Numbered from the stretch's first letter, positions 20,541-30,915 are shown. The stretch: DNA of 64,000 nt from an uncultured archaeon (GCA_964608675.1 CAZSOZ010000001.1:300049-364048); one strand, 5' to 3'. Numbers and translations are program-made. The notes: generated by a model from the letters alone, not told the origin.

Positions 20541-22038
20541 TTATTTCTTTTTCTTGATAAAAATTTTTTTCAAATGTTTTGCCTGTTTTTAGTTCTAATA
20601 ATATTGCTATTCCAGGAGTAGGAACATGCCCTTGTTGTGCCTGAAATTCTGTTTTTTCTTGAAAGGTTCCGCAGCTAATTATTTTTGTTCCTCTATAGGA
20701 GCCAATTGAATAATGATGCAAGTCTCCTCCTAAATAAATATCTGGGATTTCTTTGATTACCATGTAATTCTTTTTTTCAGGAACATAAGGTCTTTTTAAA
20801 CCGTAAACAGGCATTAAATCCCTTTTTTTTATTAGTTCTTCTATTGCTTTTGCAGGATTTGAATAAGATAAAAAGCTGACGCTTGAATAAAGGTCATGCA
20901 ATGAAGGTCCATGGTAAAATAATACTTTTAATCCTTCTATTTTTGCCCATCCAGGAGAACTCAAAAAATGAAAATTTTTTTTTGTGTATAATTCTTCTAC
21001 AAATTCTTTTGGTATTGCGGGCTGAGGGTCTGCAAATCTTACTCCATCATGTTGTCCGGGAATAATAAATACTTCTATGTAATCAGGAATTTCCTGCATT
21101 AATTCAACAAATTTTTTGTATTGTTTTTTTATGTCTTTAATGCTTAATTCTTTTAATTGATCTGGATAAACTCCTATTCCATCTATGTTGTCTCCTAATA
21201 CACACAAATATTTTATTTTGTTTATTATTTCTTTTTCTTTTTTGTTTTCAGTGTTTCCTTTCAGCCATAAAACAAATTTTTTAAATGAGTCTTCAAGAAA
21301 AAGCTTGCTTCCTATATGCATATCTGAAATGCAGGCAATAAAAACATCTCTTTTGCTTCCTTTAAAATTGTTTACAGGAATTTCAGGCAGAATTATTTCT
21401 TTTATTAAAATCATTTCTTCGTTTCCTTTTATTCCTTTGAATCCAATCACGTTGTCAAGCAGAATTCTTTCGCTTTCTTTTGTAAGCTGTTCATCATCTT
21501 TTAGGATTATTCCTATGCATCCTGCTTCTAAATCTTCTAATTTGAATGCAATGTGCCCGTTTTTAGTTGTCCATTTTTCTGCAATCATTGCAATTATTTC
21601 TACTTCGTTTCCTTTTGAAACTGCTTTAAGTCTTTTTATGGGCTTGTTTGCCATCCCTCTTTCTTTAAGCATGGATTCAATTGAAGTGAATTTATCTCTA
21701 AAAAACTCAAGAAAATTTTTTACTTTTCCTTCAGAGCATGACTGGTTGGTTACATTGAATTCTTCTAAAATTTTGCAGTCAGCTTCAATTTCTTTTGCTT
21801 TAGAAGAAAACTCTTTTTTTTTTATTTCTTCTTTTTCAACTGAAGGCAGTTTAGTTGAATTTTGAACAATTTTTTCTTCAACTATTTTTTTTGTTAATAC
21901 AAATAATCCTTTTTCTGCTGTTTCTTCAATTATTTTTTTGTAGTCTATTTCTTGTTGTATAATTAGGTCAGCCGCAGAATTTTCTATGATCAAATTTTTT
22001 TCTGATGCAAATTCAATTATTTCCTTTTTTTCTGCCAT
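20521..22038 (-). CDS. polB: DNA polymerase D small subunit DP1 (proofreading exonuclease)
   Basis: OB fold, SDMHIGS, GDNIDGIGVYPDQ, PGQHD, HG, GDLH calcineurin-like motifs. Confidence 0.95.
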   Translation of the reverse strand: MAEKKEIIEFASEKNLIIENSAADLIIQQEIDYKKIIEETAEKGLFVLTKKIVEEKIVQNSTKLPSVEKEEIKKKEFSSKAKEIEADCKILEEFNVTNQSCSEGKVKNFLEFFRDKFTSIESMLKERGMANKPIKRLKAVSKGNEVEIIAMIAEKWTTKNGHIAFKLEDLEAGCIGIILKDDEQLTKESERILLDNVIGFKGIKGNEEMILIKEIILPEIPVNNFKGSKRDVFIACISDMHIGSKLFLEDSFKKFVLWLKGNTENKKEKEIINKIKYLCVLGDNIDGIGVYPDQLKELSIKDIKKQYKKFVELMQEIPDYIEVFIIPGQHDGVRFADPQPAIPKEFVEELYTKKNFHFLSSPGWAKIEGLKVLFYHGPSLHDLYSSVSFLSYSNPAKAIEELIKKRDLMPVYGLKRPYVPEKKNYMVIKEIPDIYLGGDLHHYSIGSYRGTKIISCGTFQEKTEFQAQQGHVPTPGIAILLELKTGKTFEKNFYQEKEISEQANE

Positions 22039-22043
22039 TTTAA

Positions 22044-22310
22044 TTACTTTATTTTTTCCTTTAAGTTTTCGAGTTCGCTTATTATTGTCCAAATTTCAGT
22101 TCTTGTATGCTGGGGCATGTTGATGTCGTTGCTGATGTCATCCAGCAAGTATATTGCTGAACTAATTTGAACTCCTAATTCTTCTTTTTTTTCTATTTTT
22201 TCTTTTGATTCTTCAACTACTTTTCTTATATTTCTTGGAACGCTTGTATCCTGAATAACTGAATCCATTAATTCAGATACAAAGCTTACATCTATTTCTT
22301 TTTTTTTCAT
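22044..22310 (-). CDS. UPF0147 family protein
   Basis: DTSVPRNIR...LDDISNDINMPQHTRTEIW signature. Confidence 0.9.
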   Translation of the reverse strand: MKKKEIDVSFVSELMDSVIQDTSVPRNIRKVVEESKEKIEKKEELGVQISSAIYLLDDISNDINMPQHTRTEIWTIISELENLKEKIK

Positions 22311-22447
22311 TTGAATCCCTCTCTAAAATCAGTTTTTGAAGCCAGATTAACTTTTGAACGGAAATTAATTTAAAATCAATTAACTTTTTTCCTATTTAAA
22401 ATCAAAAAACAAAACCATTAAAAACCTGAAAACTGTTTTTTTATTGA

Positions 22448-23677
22448 ATGAATAAATTGCTTTTGTTTTCTGTTTTCCTTCTTTTATTTTTTGGAACAGT
22501 TTATTCTGCTCCATGCATTACAGGAGATGTTATAGTTCAGCTTGAAGATCCTGCTAACAATGAAATGGTTTCTCAGGGAGAAAATTTTACAATGCAGGGA
22601 ATAGCAATCGCTCCTGGAGGAGACTGCGAGGCAGACATTTATTTTGAGTATGATGAAGGCTCAAACGGAGCAAATTTTTACAGAATAAAGGATTCAAGTT
22701 ATACTCCCCCTTCAGGTCTTGAATACATTGTTGCTCCTTTTTCTTCTGGTGATTCAACTTTTTTTGATAACCAACCTATTACTATGTCAGGCACAACTAT
22801 TCCGATTACAATTAAATGCAATTCTCCGGGAACTTATCAATTAATGTTTTCAGCTTATACTACAGATTCTGCAAGTATTCTTAATTCTGATGCCAAAACA
22901 ATTTATTGTTCTGCTAATGCTCCGCCGACAGGTTATTTTATTTCTCCTGCTGTCAGCACAGTTTTGTACAGGAAAACAGGAAACGGGGATTCATTTGATT
23001 ATACTATTGAATGGGATGCTGAAGACAGCGAAGGAGAACCAATTACAAGCTATGATTTAACGGTTTTCAAAAAAAATGCTTCAGGAACTTTTGATTCTTA
23101 TTTTACTCACACTACTCCAAATAAAATTTATAATGTAACTATTTCAGATTACGGAGAATTTTATTTTTCTGTAGAATTTTCTGATGGAGTAAACACAACA
23201 GTAATTGAAAGCGAGCACTTGTTTGTTGCAGAGCCGGTAAACACTTTGTCTGTTTCAGAGTTAATTGTTTTTCCTGAAGCAGTTTATGGAGACGCAGAAA
23301 TAGACATTAATTTAACTGTAAGAAATTATTCTTCTGAAGAAGTTGACATTAATGTTTTTTATTTTCATTCATTGTTTCCTGGAGGAAGCTATGAACAGTC
23401 AGTTAAAAATGTTCTTCCTTTTTCTACTGCAAAATTTCATTTAAATCATGATTTTCTTGATTCAAATCCTGTTGATTACGGAGACTATAATATCAGAATT
23501 GTAATTCAGGATTATCTTGCAGGAACAGACACAAAAAATAATGATGTGCCTTTGCAGGTTTTTGCTCATTTTGTTGTGTTAATGCCTAATACTCCTGTTT
23601 CTTTGAATGAAACAAACTGGATTGCAGTTATTCTTGTTTGTTTGTCTGTTGTTCTGATTGTCAGAAAAAAAAGTTAA
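22448..23677 (+). CDS. Secreted Ig-like protein with C-terminal sorting-signal-like tail
   Basis: Signal peptide; C-terminus PVSLNETN + TM + RKKS (motif-TM-basic tripartite pattern). Confidence 0.75.
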   Translation: MNKLLLFSVFLLLFFGTVYSAPCITGDVIVQLEDPANNEMVSQGENFTMQGIAIAPGGDCEADIYFEYDEGSNGANFYRIKDSSYTPPSGLEYIVAPFSSGDSTFFDNQPITMSGTTIPITIKCNSPGTYQLMFSAYTTDSASILNSDAKTIYCSANAPPTGYFISPAVSTVLYRKTGNGDSFDYTIEWDAEDSEGEPITSYDLTVFKKNASGTFDSYFTHTTPNKIYNVTISDYGEFYFSVEFSDGVNTTVIESEHLFVAEPVNTLSVSELIVFPEAVYGDAEIDINLTVRNYSSEEVDINVFYFHSLFPGGSYEQSVKNVLPFSTAKFHLNHDFLDSNPVDYGDYNIRIVIQDYLAGTDTKNNDVPLQVFAHFVVLMPNTPVSLNETNWIAVILVCLSVVLIVRKKS

Positions 23678-24642
23678 TTGATTTTTTTAAGTATTTTTGC
23701 TTTTAGTTCTTTGTCTCCTTCTCCAGTTAAAATTAATTCAAATTCAGAAAAAAGTTTTTCTGCTTTTTTTGTTTGTTCTTCTGAAACCAAGTCATTTTTG
23801 TTTAATGCAACAACAGTTTTTTTGTTTAATTTTTTTAGTTCTTCCAGCAGTTTTTTTTGTTCTTCAAGAGAAAAGCTTTCTTCGCTTAAGTCAACTGCAA
23901 ATAAAATTATTCCTTCAAGATTTTTTAATGCGTTCACTGCTTTTTTTTCAATTAAATTTCTTTCTTCTTCTTTTCTGTCTAAAAGCCCTGGAGTGTCAAT
24001 TACCTGAAAGTCTTTATATTTGTCTGAAAAATACCCTAATTCTATTTTTTTTGTTGTAAACAGATAAGCCGCTATTTGAGGAGAACTTCCTGTGAGCCTT
24101 TCAAGTATTGTGGTTTTTCCTGAATTAGGAAAGCCTGCTACAATAACAGAAGGAATCAGTTTTATTTCAGGTATTTCCTTTAATTTTCTGTTTATTTCAT
24201 TTAATTTTTCAATGGTTCTTTTAACATCTTTTTTTAATGACAAAATTCTTCCGTAAAAACTTTTTCTGGTTTGTTCAGGTTTTTCGCTTTTTCTTATTGA
24301 AGCAAGGTTTTTTTTCTTTAATTCTTTTATTATTGTGTTGAGTTTATATAAGTACCCTAATTCTTTTTTGAGTTCTTTTATTTCAACAAGAGATGAAATT
24401 GATTCTTTTTGGAATTCGTTTAATTCTGAAATCACAGGAAAAGAAGTTATGTATATGTCTATTTTGTTTGTTATGTATTCTGCCATTAAATTTATTCTTG
24501 CTTTTTCTTTTGTTCTTATTAATTTGTGTTTGTTTCTTATTCCTGAAATTTTCATCGCTTCTTTTCTTGCGTAAGCCATTGCATTTTCAAATAGTTTTTC
24601 TCCGTCTAAATATTTGGCTTTTTTTATTTTCATTGCTTTCAT
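23674..24642 (-). CDS. NOG1-family GTPase
   Basis: Helical N-domain, GFPNSGKT, YLFTTK, DTPGLLDR, NKND. Confidence 0.9.
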   Translation of the reverse strand: MKAMKIKKAKYLDGEKLFENAMAYARKEAMKISGIRNKHKLIRTKEKARINLMAEYITNKIDIYITSFPVISELNEFQKESISSLVEIKELKKELGYLYKLNTIIKELKKKNLASIRKSEKPEQTRKSFYGRILSLKKDVKRTIEKLNEINRKLKEIPEIKLIPSVIVAGFPNSGKTTILERLTGSSPQIAAYLFTTKKIELGYFSDKYKDFQVIDTPGLLDRKEEERNLIEKKAVNALKNLEGIILFAVDLSEESFSLEEQKKLLEELKKLNKKTVVALNKNDLVSEEQTKKAEKLFSEFELILTGEGDKELKAKILKKIN

Positions 24643-24786
24643 TTTTTTTTCTCCTGTATATTTTTTTGTTGCTTTGATTTTTTTAATTAATAACTTTTTT
24701 TAGCTTTAAATCTTTGCGTCATGAATTCTTTTTTATTCTTTTCCCAGGTTAATTATTTTACTTTTTTAGTTTAAAGCGTGATTTAA

Positions 24787-25839
24787 ATGGATTTTTTTTC
24801 CGGCAATTATAAAATGTATTTAATTGTGCCTTTAATCCTTACTTTTGTCTTTGTTTTTATTGTTTTTGTTTCTCCGGGCATAAAGCAGGGAATTGACTTA
24901 AAAGGAGGAACCCAAATTATTATTCGTTCTAATCAGCCTGTGAATTCCTCTGAACTTGAAGTTCTTCTGGAACAAAAATTTAATTTCACTGAATTAACAA
25001 TTAATTCTATTTCTTCTCCTGCTGCTCATGGAGTAACAATTCAGTTTGCAGGAGAAGAAACTCTGACTAAAGCAAAAAGTGAATTGGATTCAGCTAAAGA
25101 ATTGCTGGATTCAAATCCTGAACAAGCTGAAATTCATGCCTTAAATTCAATTGCTTTTTCTTCTTTTTTTGCTGAAGTTGATTTTCAAGGGCTTTCAGGA
25201 AAAGAACTGGTTGAAAAAGCAGATGAAGCGTATTCTAAGGCAAAAGATGCAATGAACCAGCAAATAAAAAATATTGTTGCATCTAATTTTGGATTGACAG
25301 AAGACTTCTTTTTTTCAACTAAAGAAGTTCCTCCTGTTTTAGGCAAAACTTTTTGGGATAATGCTTTGCTGGTAAGTGTTATTGCTTTAATCGGAATAAT
25401 TCTTGTTATTTTCCTTTTTTTCCGTGAATTAATTCCTTCTGTTGCAGTAATTTATGCAGGAATTTTTGATGTTTTAACTGCTTTGGCTTTAATGTCTTTA
25501 ACTGGAATTGCTTTAAGCCTGAATTCTATTCCTGCTCTTTTGCTGTTGGTTGGTTATAGTGTTGACACAGACATTCTTTTAACTACAAGGCTTTTAAAAA
25601 GAAAAGATAAAACTCCTAAAAAAAGAGCAATGGATTCAATGAAAACAGGTTTAACTATGACTTTTACAACTCTTTCAGCAGTTTCTGTTATGCTTGTTTT
25701 ATCTTATCTTTATCAGATTGAAATAATGTTTAATATTAGTGCAGTAATTTTATTTGGTTTAATTGGAGACTTAATTGTTACTTGGATGATGAATGCTCCG
25801 ATTTTATTATGGTATGTTGAAAGGAAGGCGAAAGCATGA
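24787..25839 (+). CDS. secF: Protein translocase subunit SecF
   Basis: GIDLKGGT, GYSVDTDILLT, 6 TM. Confidence 0.93.
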   Translation: MDFFSGNYKMYLIVPLILTFVFVFIVFVSPGIKQGIDLKGGTQIIIRSNQPVNSSELEVLLEQKFNFTELTINSISSPAAHGVTIQFAGEETLTKAKSELDSAKELLDSNPEQAEIHALNSIAFSSFFAEVDFQGLSGKELVEKADEAYSKAKDAMNQQIKNIVASNFGLTEDFFFSTKEVPPVLGKTFWDNALLVSVIALIGIILVIFLFFRELIPSVAVIYAGIFDVLTALALMSLTGIALSLNSIPALLLLVGYSVDTDILLTTRLLKRKDKTPKKRAMDSMKTGLTMTFTTLSAVSVMLVLSYLYQIEIMFNISAVILFGLIGDLIVTWMMNAPILLWYVERKAKA

Positions 25840-27455
25840 GAGATTTATTCAAGAACTGGAGGATTTTGCTTTTATTGTTTTTCTTATTTGCTTCCTTGCT
25901 TTCAGTTTCTTTTAATGGATTAAAATATGGAATTGATTTTGAAGGAGGAACCCAATTTCAGATTCACTTAGAGGAACCCTTAAATTCTCCTGAAGAAATT
26001 TCACAGATTACTTCAATTATTTCCAGAAGACTTGATTGGACTGGCCTGAAAGACACTAAAGTGACTGCATGGGGAAATGAATTTATTATTGCTCAGGTTG
26101 CAGAAACAAACCCTGAACAGGTTGAAAGAATTGAACTGCTTTTAAAAAAACAGGGAAAATTTGAAGCAAGGCTTGAAGGAAAAACAGTTTTCACTGGCTC
26201 TGATATTGTTCATGTTTTTAAAGAGCCTCAAAAAGGCTATGGAGTACTGAAACAACAGGATGCCTTTGAATGGCGCCTTCCTTTTATGTTAAGCCAAGAA
26301 GGTGCACAAAAATTCACTGAAATGACTTTTCATAAATGTACTATTACTGGTTTTGAACAAAACACCGGAAAAACATATGAGTGCGAAAAAACTTATTTTT
26401 TTATGGACAGACCTCATGCAGTAATTTTAGTTCCCAGAACAGTTTTTGAATCAAACAAAGAAATGCTTTTGCAGGGAAACATGGTTGAAAACATTCCTCC
26501 TAACACTGATATTGATGAATTAATTCTTAATGCAGGAACTCCTTTGATTATTTCTGATTCAAATCTTTCAGATGAAGACAAAAACAAATTAATTAATTTT
26601 TCAGAGGACTTTGAAGACGTGTTTGTTCTTCAGGGAGTTTATTCAAATGAGTTTTTGCAGGACTTGAATTCATTTGGATTCAATTTTGTTGAAATAGAAA
26701 AAGAAGAAAATATTCCTTGGATTTGGACGGCTACAGGCGCCAGAGAAATAATTTCTTTGAGTGAAGATGTAACAAACATGAAGCCTTATGTTGAAAACAT
26801 CGAAAACGCAAAAACTTATTCTGAATTAGTTATCAGAGGATTTGGAGTAAATGAAGATGATGCTCTTGAAAAACTTTCAAATTTAACTATTCTGCTTGAA
26901 TCAGGGTCTCTTCCTATTGGAGTTGAATCAATTGGAAAAGAAACAATTTCTCCTAATTTAGGCGAAGAATTTCTTGATGTTGTTATTTTAATGGGTGTGT
27001 CTGCTTTGTTGATTGTAATTCTTGTTTTGTTTTTAAGATACCGTGAACCAAAGCTGATTATTCCTATGGCTTTCACTGTTTTTTCTGAAGTTGTGATAAT
27101 TCTTGGTTTTGCTTCTTTTATTAAATGGAATCTTGATCTTGCTTCTCTTGCAGGAATCATTGCAGCAGTTGGAACAGGGGTTGACCACCAAATCGTTATT
27201 TCTGATGAATTACTGCGAAAGGAAGCAGACTATGAAACTTCTTTTGTTAATCGTGTTAAAAGAGCTTTTTTCATTATTTTTGCTGCAGCCGCAACTTCTC
27301 TTGCAACCATGGCTCCAATTATTTTATTTGGTTTCGGCTTAGGAAAATTAATTGGTTTTGCAATAACAACTATTGTAGGGGTTTTGGTAGGGGTTTTTAT
27401 TACTCGGCCGGCTTTTGGTGAAATCGCAAAATACCTGTTATCAAAAGCAAATTAA
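25836..27455 (+). CDS. secD: Protein translocase subunit SecD
   Basis: GIDFEGGT, SGSLP, GTGVDHQIVI; ATGA overlap with secF. Confidence 0.93.
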   Translation: MRDLFKNWRILLLLFFLFASLLSVSFNGLKYGIDFEGGTQFQIHLEEPLNSPEEISQITSIISRRLDWTGLKDTKVTAWGNEFIIAQVAETNPEQVERIELLLKKQGKFEARLEGKTVFTGSDIVHVFKEPQKGYGVLKQQDAFEWRLPFMLSQEGAQKFTEMTFHKCTITGFEQNTGKTYECEKTYFFMDRPHAVILVPRTVFESNKEMLLQGNMVENIPPNTDIDELILNAGTPLIISDSNLSDEDKNKLINFSEDFEDVFVLQGVYSNEFLQDLNSFGFNFVEIEKEENIPWIWTATGAREIISLSEDVTNMKPYVENIENAKTYSELVIRGFGVNEDDALEKLSNLTILLESGSLPIGVESIGKETISPNLGEEFLDVVILMGVSALLIVILVLFLRYREPKLIIPMAFTVFSEVVIILGFASFIKWNLDLASLAGIIAAVGTGVDHQIVISDELLRKEADYETSFVNRVKRAFFIIFAAAATSLATMAPIILFGFGLGKLIGFAITTIVGVLVGVFITRPAFGEIAKYLLSKAN

Positions 27456-27456
27456 T

Positions 27457-27951
27457 TCAAAGCAGTTCATTGAATTCTTTTACTTTAGTTATTTTTTTTG
27501 TAAAATAATACCATAATCCAATAATGAATACTGCGGTTGTCATCCATGAAATTTCGTGAAGCACTCCTATTAATTCTTCTCCAAAATTTAGTCCTGACCA
27601 CAACACAAAATAAATTCTAAGCAGATTCAAAAAAAACATTATTGTTCCGGCTAAAACAAATATTTGCATTTTTTTTTTCATTTCAGGTTTTTTTAAAGAA
27701 AAAATGATTGCTGCCAGAATGCTTATGCTGATTAATCCTGTGCATGAAGGATTAATTAAAATCTGTTTTTCTTCTAAAAAAACAAGGTTTTCCTGCAAAG
27801 GCAGTCCAAAAAAACCTGCTTGAAGAAACGCAATCCAGTTCTGCAGAAAATTTAAGGGAATACTCCAAACCAAATAATGGAGCGCTGAAAAAATCACAGT
27901 AAATTTTATCAGAAAAAATATTGTTTTATTTTCTTTTATTTTTTTAATCAT
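27457..27951 (-). CDS. Archaeosortase/exosortase family protein
   Basis: Multi-TM with Cys (PSCTG), Arg (NLLRI) and His (VLHE) catalytic triad. Confidence 0.85.
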   Translation of the reverse strand: MIKKIKENKTIFFLIKFTVIFSALHYLVWSIPLNFLQNWIAFLQAGFFGLPLQENLVFLEEKQILINPSCTGLISISILAAIIFSLKKPEMKKKMQIFVLAGTIMFFLNLLRIYFVLWSGLNFGEELIGVLHEISWMTTAVFIIGLWYYFTKKITKVKEFNELL

Positions 27952-27954
27952 TTT

Positions 27955-28470
27955 TTACCAGGGAACTTTTTTTAATTTGAATTTGAATGCAATAAAATTT
28001 GCTGTTTTGTGTGCAATAACAGTTATGACACACACTACAAAAAACAATTGGATTGAAATATTGTGAATAAGGCTTCCTAACAGAAGCCCTCCAAAAACAA
28101 AATCCAATTGGTCTAAAACAATAACTGGTTTTCCTCGCTTGATGTCCAGTCTTCTTTTAATAAAGCTTCCTGTTATATCTCCTAAAACTGCTCCTAATGC
28201 AAGAAGGACTCCGTATTCAAAATAATTTTTTATTATTGGAACGTTTCCTTGAAAATAAAAATCAACTAAAAAAACTGCAAGTATTCCTATTCCTGCTCCA
28301 AAAAGAGTTCCTTTAATTGTTTTTCCTTTTCCAAATAAAGGTTTTTTGTCAAAAAAATTTAAGTTGAAATCCACTGGAGTTTTTCCTCCTAAAAGCATTG
28401 CAGTAGAATTCGATAAATACAATGGAATTAAAATCAGCATTATTTCAAGAATTAATGAAGTGTAATCCAT
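27955..28470 (-). CDS. carS: CDP-archaeol synthase
   Basis: GGKTPVD, GKGKTIKG, GDITGSFIKRR, LDQLDF, KKVPW. Confidence 0.93.
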   Translation of the reverse strand: MDYTSLILEIMLILIPLYLSNSTAMLLGGKTPVDFNLNFFDKKPLFGKGKTIKGTLFGAGIGILAVFLVDFYFQGNVPIIKNYFEYGVLLALGAVLGDITGSFIKRRLDIKRGKPVIVLDQLDFVFGGLLLGSLIHNISIQLFFVVCVITVIAHKTANFIAFKFKLKKVPW

Positions 28471-28585
28471 TCAACCAACTTTTTTTTTGTTATTAAATAA
28501 AAGCGTTTTTTCTTTATTAATTTTTTTATTGTTTCCTTTTTAATTCAATTGCTTTTTTATTCTTTTTCTGTCAATATTCTTTTCT

Positions 28586-29485
28586 ATGAAAAAATTAGTT
28601 TTATTTATTGGTTTAGGTTTATTTCTGCTTGTTTTGATTGCTTTGGTTTTGTCTCTTGTTTTTCCCCAGAATTTTTCAGGTTTGTCAGGCGAAATTGCAG
28701 TTATCCCGATTAAAGGAGAAATTCTTTCGTCTTCTGATTCTTTTTCTTCTTCAATGAGTTCAACTTTGATTGCAGGAAAAATAAGGGAAGCAGACAAAGA
28801 TCCTTTTATTAAAGCAATTTTTTTGGATATTGATTCCGGAGGAGGAAGTGTTGTTGCTTCAAAGGAAATAGTTTATGCTGTAAGGAAAGCAAAAAAACCG
28901 GTTGTAGCTTATATAGGGGGAGTAGGAGCATCAGGAGCGTATTATATTGCAGCAGCATCTGATTTAATTATTGCAGATGAAGATTCTCTTACAGGAAGTA
29001 TTGGAGTAATAAGCATGTCAACTAACATTCAAGGTTTTTTAGAAAAACTTGGAATTGAAGTAAAAGTATTAAAGGAAGGAGAATTCAAAGACATGGGTTC
29101 TCCGTTTAAAGACTTAACAGAAAAAGAAAAAGAAATTTTAAATGAAATAATTTTTCAGGCTTCACAAAACTTTAAGTCAGATATACTGGAATTCAGAGAA
29201 AGCAAACTTAATGAATCAAAATTCAATCAGGTTGCAGATGGAAGAATTCTTTCAGGAAAAACAGCAAAAGAATTTGGTTTAATTGATTTAACTGGAAGCA
29301 GGCAGTTTGCAGTAAAAAAAACAGCTGAATTAGCAGGAATTAAAGGAGAACCAGTTTTAAGAAAATTTTCTCAGCCTGAAACCGATTTCTTTTCTTTGCT
29401 TTCAAAAGCAGGTTATTCTTTTGGCACAGGATTTATTTCAGCAGTAAAATCATCTGAACCAAAATTTAAATTAAATGCAGAATAA
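28586..29485 (+). CDS. sppA: Signal peptide peptidase SppA (S49)
   Basis: IDSGGG, ASGAYYIA, TGSIGV, KDMGSPF, ADGR. Confidence 0.93.
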   Translation: MKKLVLFIGLGLFLLVLIALVLSLVFPQNFSGLSGEIAVIPIKGEILSSSDSFSSSMSSTLIAGKIREADKDPFIKAIFLDIDSGGGSVVASKEIVYAVRKAKKPVVAYIGGVGASGAYYIAAASDLIIADEDSLTGSIGVISMSTNIQGFLEKLGIEVKVLKEGEFKDMGSPFKDLTEKEKEILNEIIFQASQNFKSDILEFRESKLNESKFNQVADGRILSGKTAKEFGLIDLTGSRQFAVKKTAELAGIKGEPVLRKFSQPETDFFSLLSKAGYSFGTGFISAVKSSEPKFKLNAE

Positions 29486-29492
29486 TTATTTT

Positions 29493-30179
29493 TTATCCTG
29501 CAACAATTACAGAAAAAACTACAGCGATTGAAGTTGCAATAAAATTAACCCCTGTATTTGAAAGCTTTCCTTTTCTTTCAAATAATGCGCCTAAAATGCT
29601 GTCAGCAAAAGTTCCAATCAATCCTGCTAAAAGAATTACTCCTGCAAAAAACACGCTTGAATACAATGCATAATGCATTAATGCAATTAATCCTGCTCCA
29701 ATTAAAGCAAAAACACAGCCTAAAACTGTGATTCCTCCGTCTGTTCCTGTTTCTACTTCTTTAAAGGTAGTGATAAGCAAAGGCTTTCTTGATGAAAGCA
29801 TTCCTATTTCAGAGCTTAATGTATCGGCTAATGCAGCTGAAATTCCTGCAAAAAAACCAATAGGAAAATTTAATCCTAATGCAATTACTCCTGCCAGTGA
29901 ATTTCCCAGAATGTTTCCTGTTGTTCTCACTTCGTGTTCTTTTCGTATTTTTTTTGATCTGTATCTTGTTCCTGTTTCTCCGATAACAAAAAAATAGGAA
30001 ATAAAAAGGAAAGCAGTTAATCCTCCTGTTGAAGTTATCTGCCCTAAAAAAACAGTTGTTAATCCGATTAATAATCCGATTAAAATTCCTTTTCTGTCAA
30101 AACTTTTCTTTTTTACTGAAATAAAAGTAAATATTGCTAAAATAATTAATATAATAAGCAGTTCTATTGAAGTTAACAC
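29493..30179 (-). CDS. DUF92/TMEM19 family membrane protein
   Basis: ADTLSSEIG, GTDGGIT, DSILGA..E, N..VN motifs. Confidence 0.88.
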   Translation of the reverse strand: MLTSIELLIILIILAIFTFISVKKKSFDRKGILIGLLIGLTTVFLGQITSTGGLTAFLFISYFFVIGETGTRYRSKKIRKEHEVRTTGNILGNSLAGVIALGLNFPIGFFAGISAALADTLSSEIGMLSSRKPLLITTFKEVETGTDGGITVLGCVFALIGAGLIALMHYALYSSVFFAGVILLAGLIGTFADSILGALFERKGKLSNTGVNFIATSIAVVFSVIVAG

Positions 30180-30181
30180 TT

Positions 30182-30802
30182 TTATTTACCTTCAATCAGC
30201 TTTGTTTTGGCTATTTCAACTCTTCTTATTGAACCTATTTTTTTTGCGTCATTCTGTATTTTTATTGCAATGTTTCCAAAAATCATTTCGTTTAAAAAGT
30301 CATCAAAATCTTTTTTCTTTGAAGCATAAGCAATTTTTTCCATCATTATTTTTCTTACTGCTGTTTCTTTTATTTTTGTTAGTTTTCTTCCTGATACAAC
30401 TACTGCTTTTACTCTTGTTTTTTCTCCGTCTTTTAATTCTAAAACCTGATTTGTTTCCATTTTGCTTGTTCTTCTTCTTATAACTCTTTTCAGGAAATTA
30501 GGGTTTATTTCGTGTCCTAAAACTTTGGTGTATGCTTTTAATCCCTGAACATCTTTTATTTTAAAAAACAAAGTAATATGTTGTTTTTTTGGATTTCCTG
30601 TTAATGTTCTTACATTAATTTTAATGATTCTTCCCTGTAGGGTTTCAGGTTTTTCTGCAACAGTTTCTCCTATTTCTTTTTGGTCAAATAATTTTGGAGC
30701 ATATACTGTAAACCATTTCTTTTTTTTCCATTTATCTGTGGTTCTTCTTGAATCTGTTTTTTTTGGTTTTATTTTTTCTTTTTTTTGTTCTTTTTTTGCC
30801 AT
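30182..30802 (-). CDS. rps3ae: 30S ribosomal protein S3Ae (eS1)
   Basis: DKWKKKKWFTVYAP..F, IRRVEIAK. Confidence 0.93.
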   Translation of the reverse strand: MAKKEQKKEKIKPKKTDSRRTTDKWKKKKWFTVYAPKLFDQKEIGETVAEKPETLQGRIIKINVRTLTGNPKKQHITLFFKIKDVQGLKAYTKVLGHEINPNFLKRVIRRRTSKMETNQVLELKDGEKTRVKAVVVSGRKLTKIKETAVRKIMMEKIAYASKKKDFDDFLNEMIFGNIAIKIQNDAKKIGSIRRVEIAKTKLIEGK

Positions 30803-30807
30803 TCTTA

Positions 30808-30915
30808 TCACAGTTCCTGAATCATTTTTTCTCCTGTTTCCAGAAGATTTTTCAGCCCTTTTCCTTTTTCTTCTTTTTCGTGATTTTTTGTTTTTATTTT
30901 GATTGAGTAATTCAC
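30808..30915 (-). CDS. 35-aa mini-ORF in the position normally held by pcc1; possible deleted remnant
   Basis: GTG overlaps the rps15 stop (TAGTG); reads MNYSIKIKTKNHEKEEKGKGLKNLLETGEKMIQEL* and ends 5 nt before the rps3ae ATG. Confidence 0.45.
   Translation of the reverse strand: MNYSIKIKTKNHEKEEKGKGLKNLLETGEKMIQEL

Noticed and set aside
21185-21865. Long antisense ORFs (e.g. 21185-21865, 3020-3610, 14284-14847, 62964-63456)
   Set aside because: Shadows of well-supported genes on the opposite strand; F/S/L-rich with no motifs
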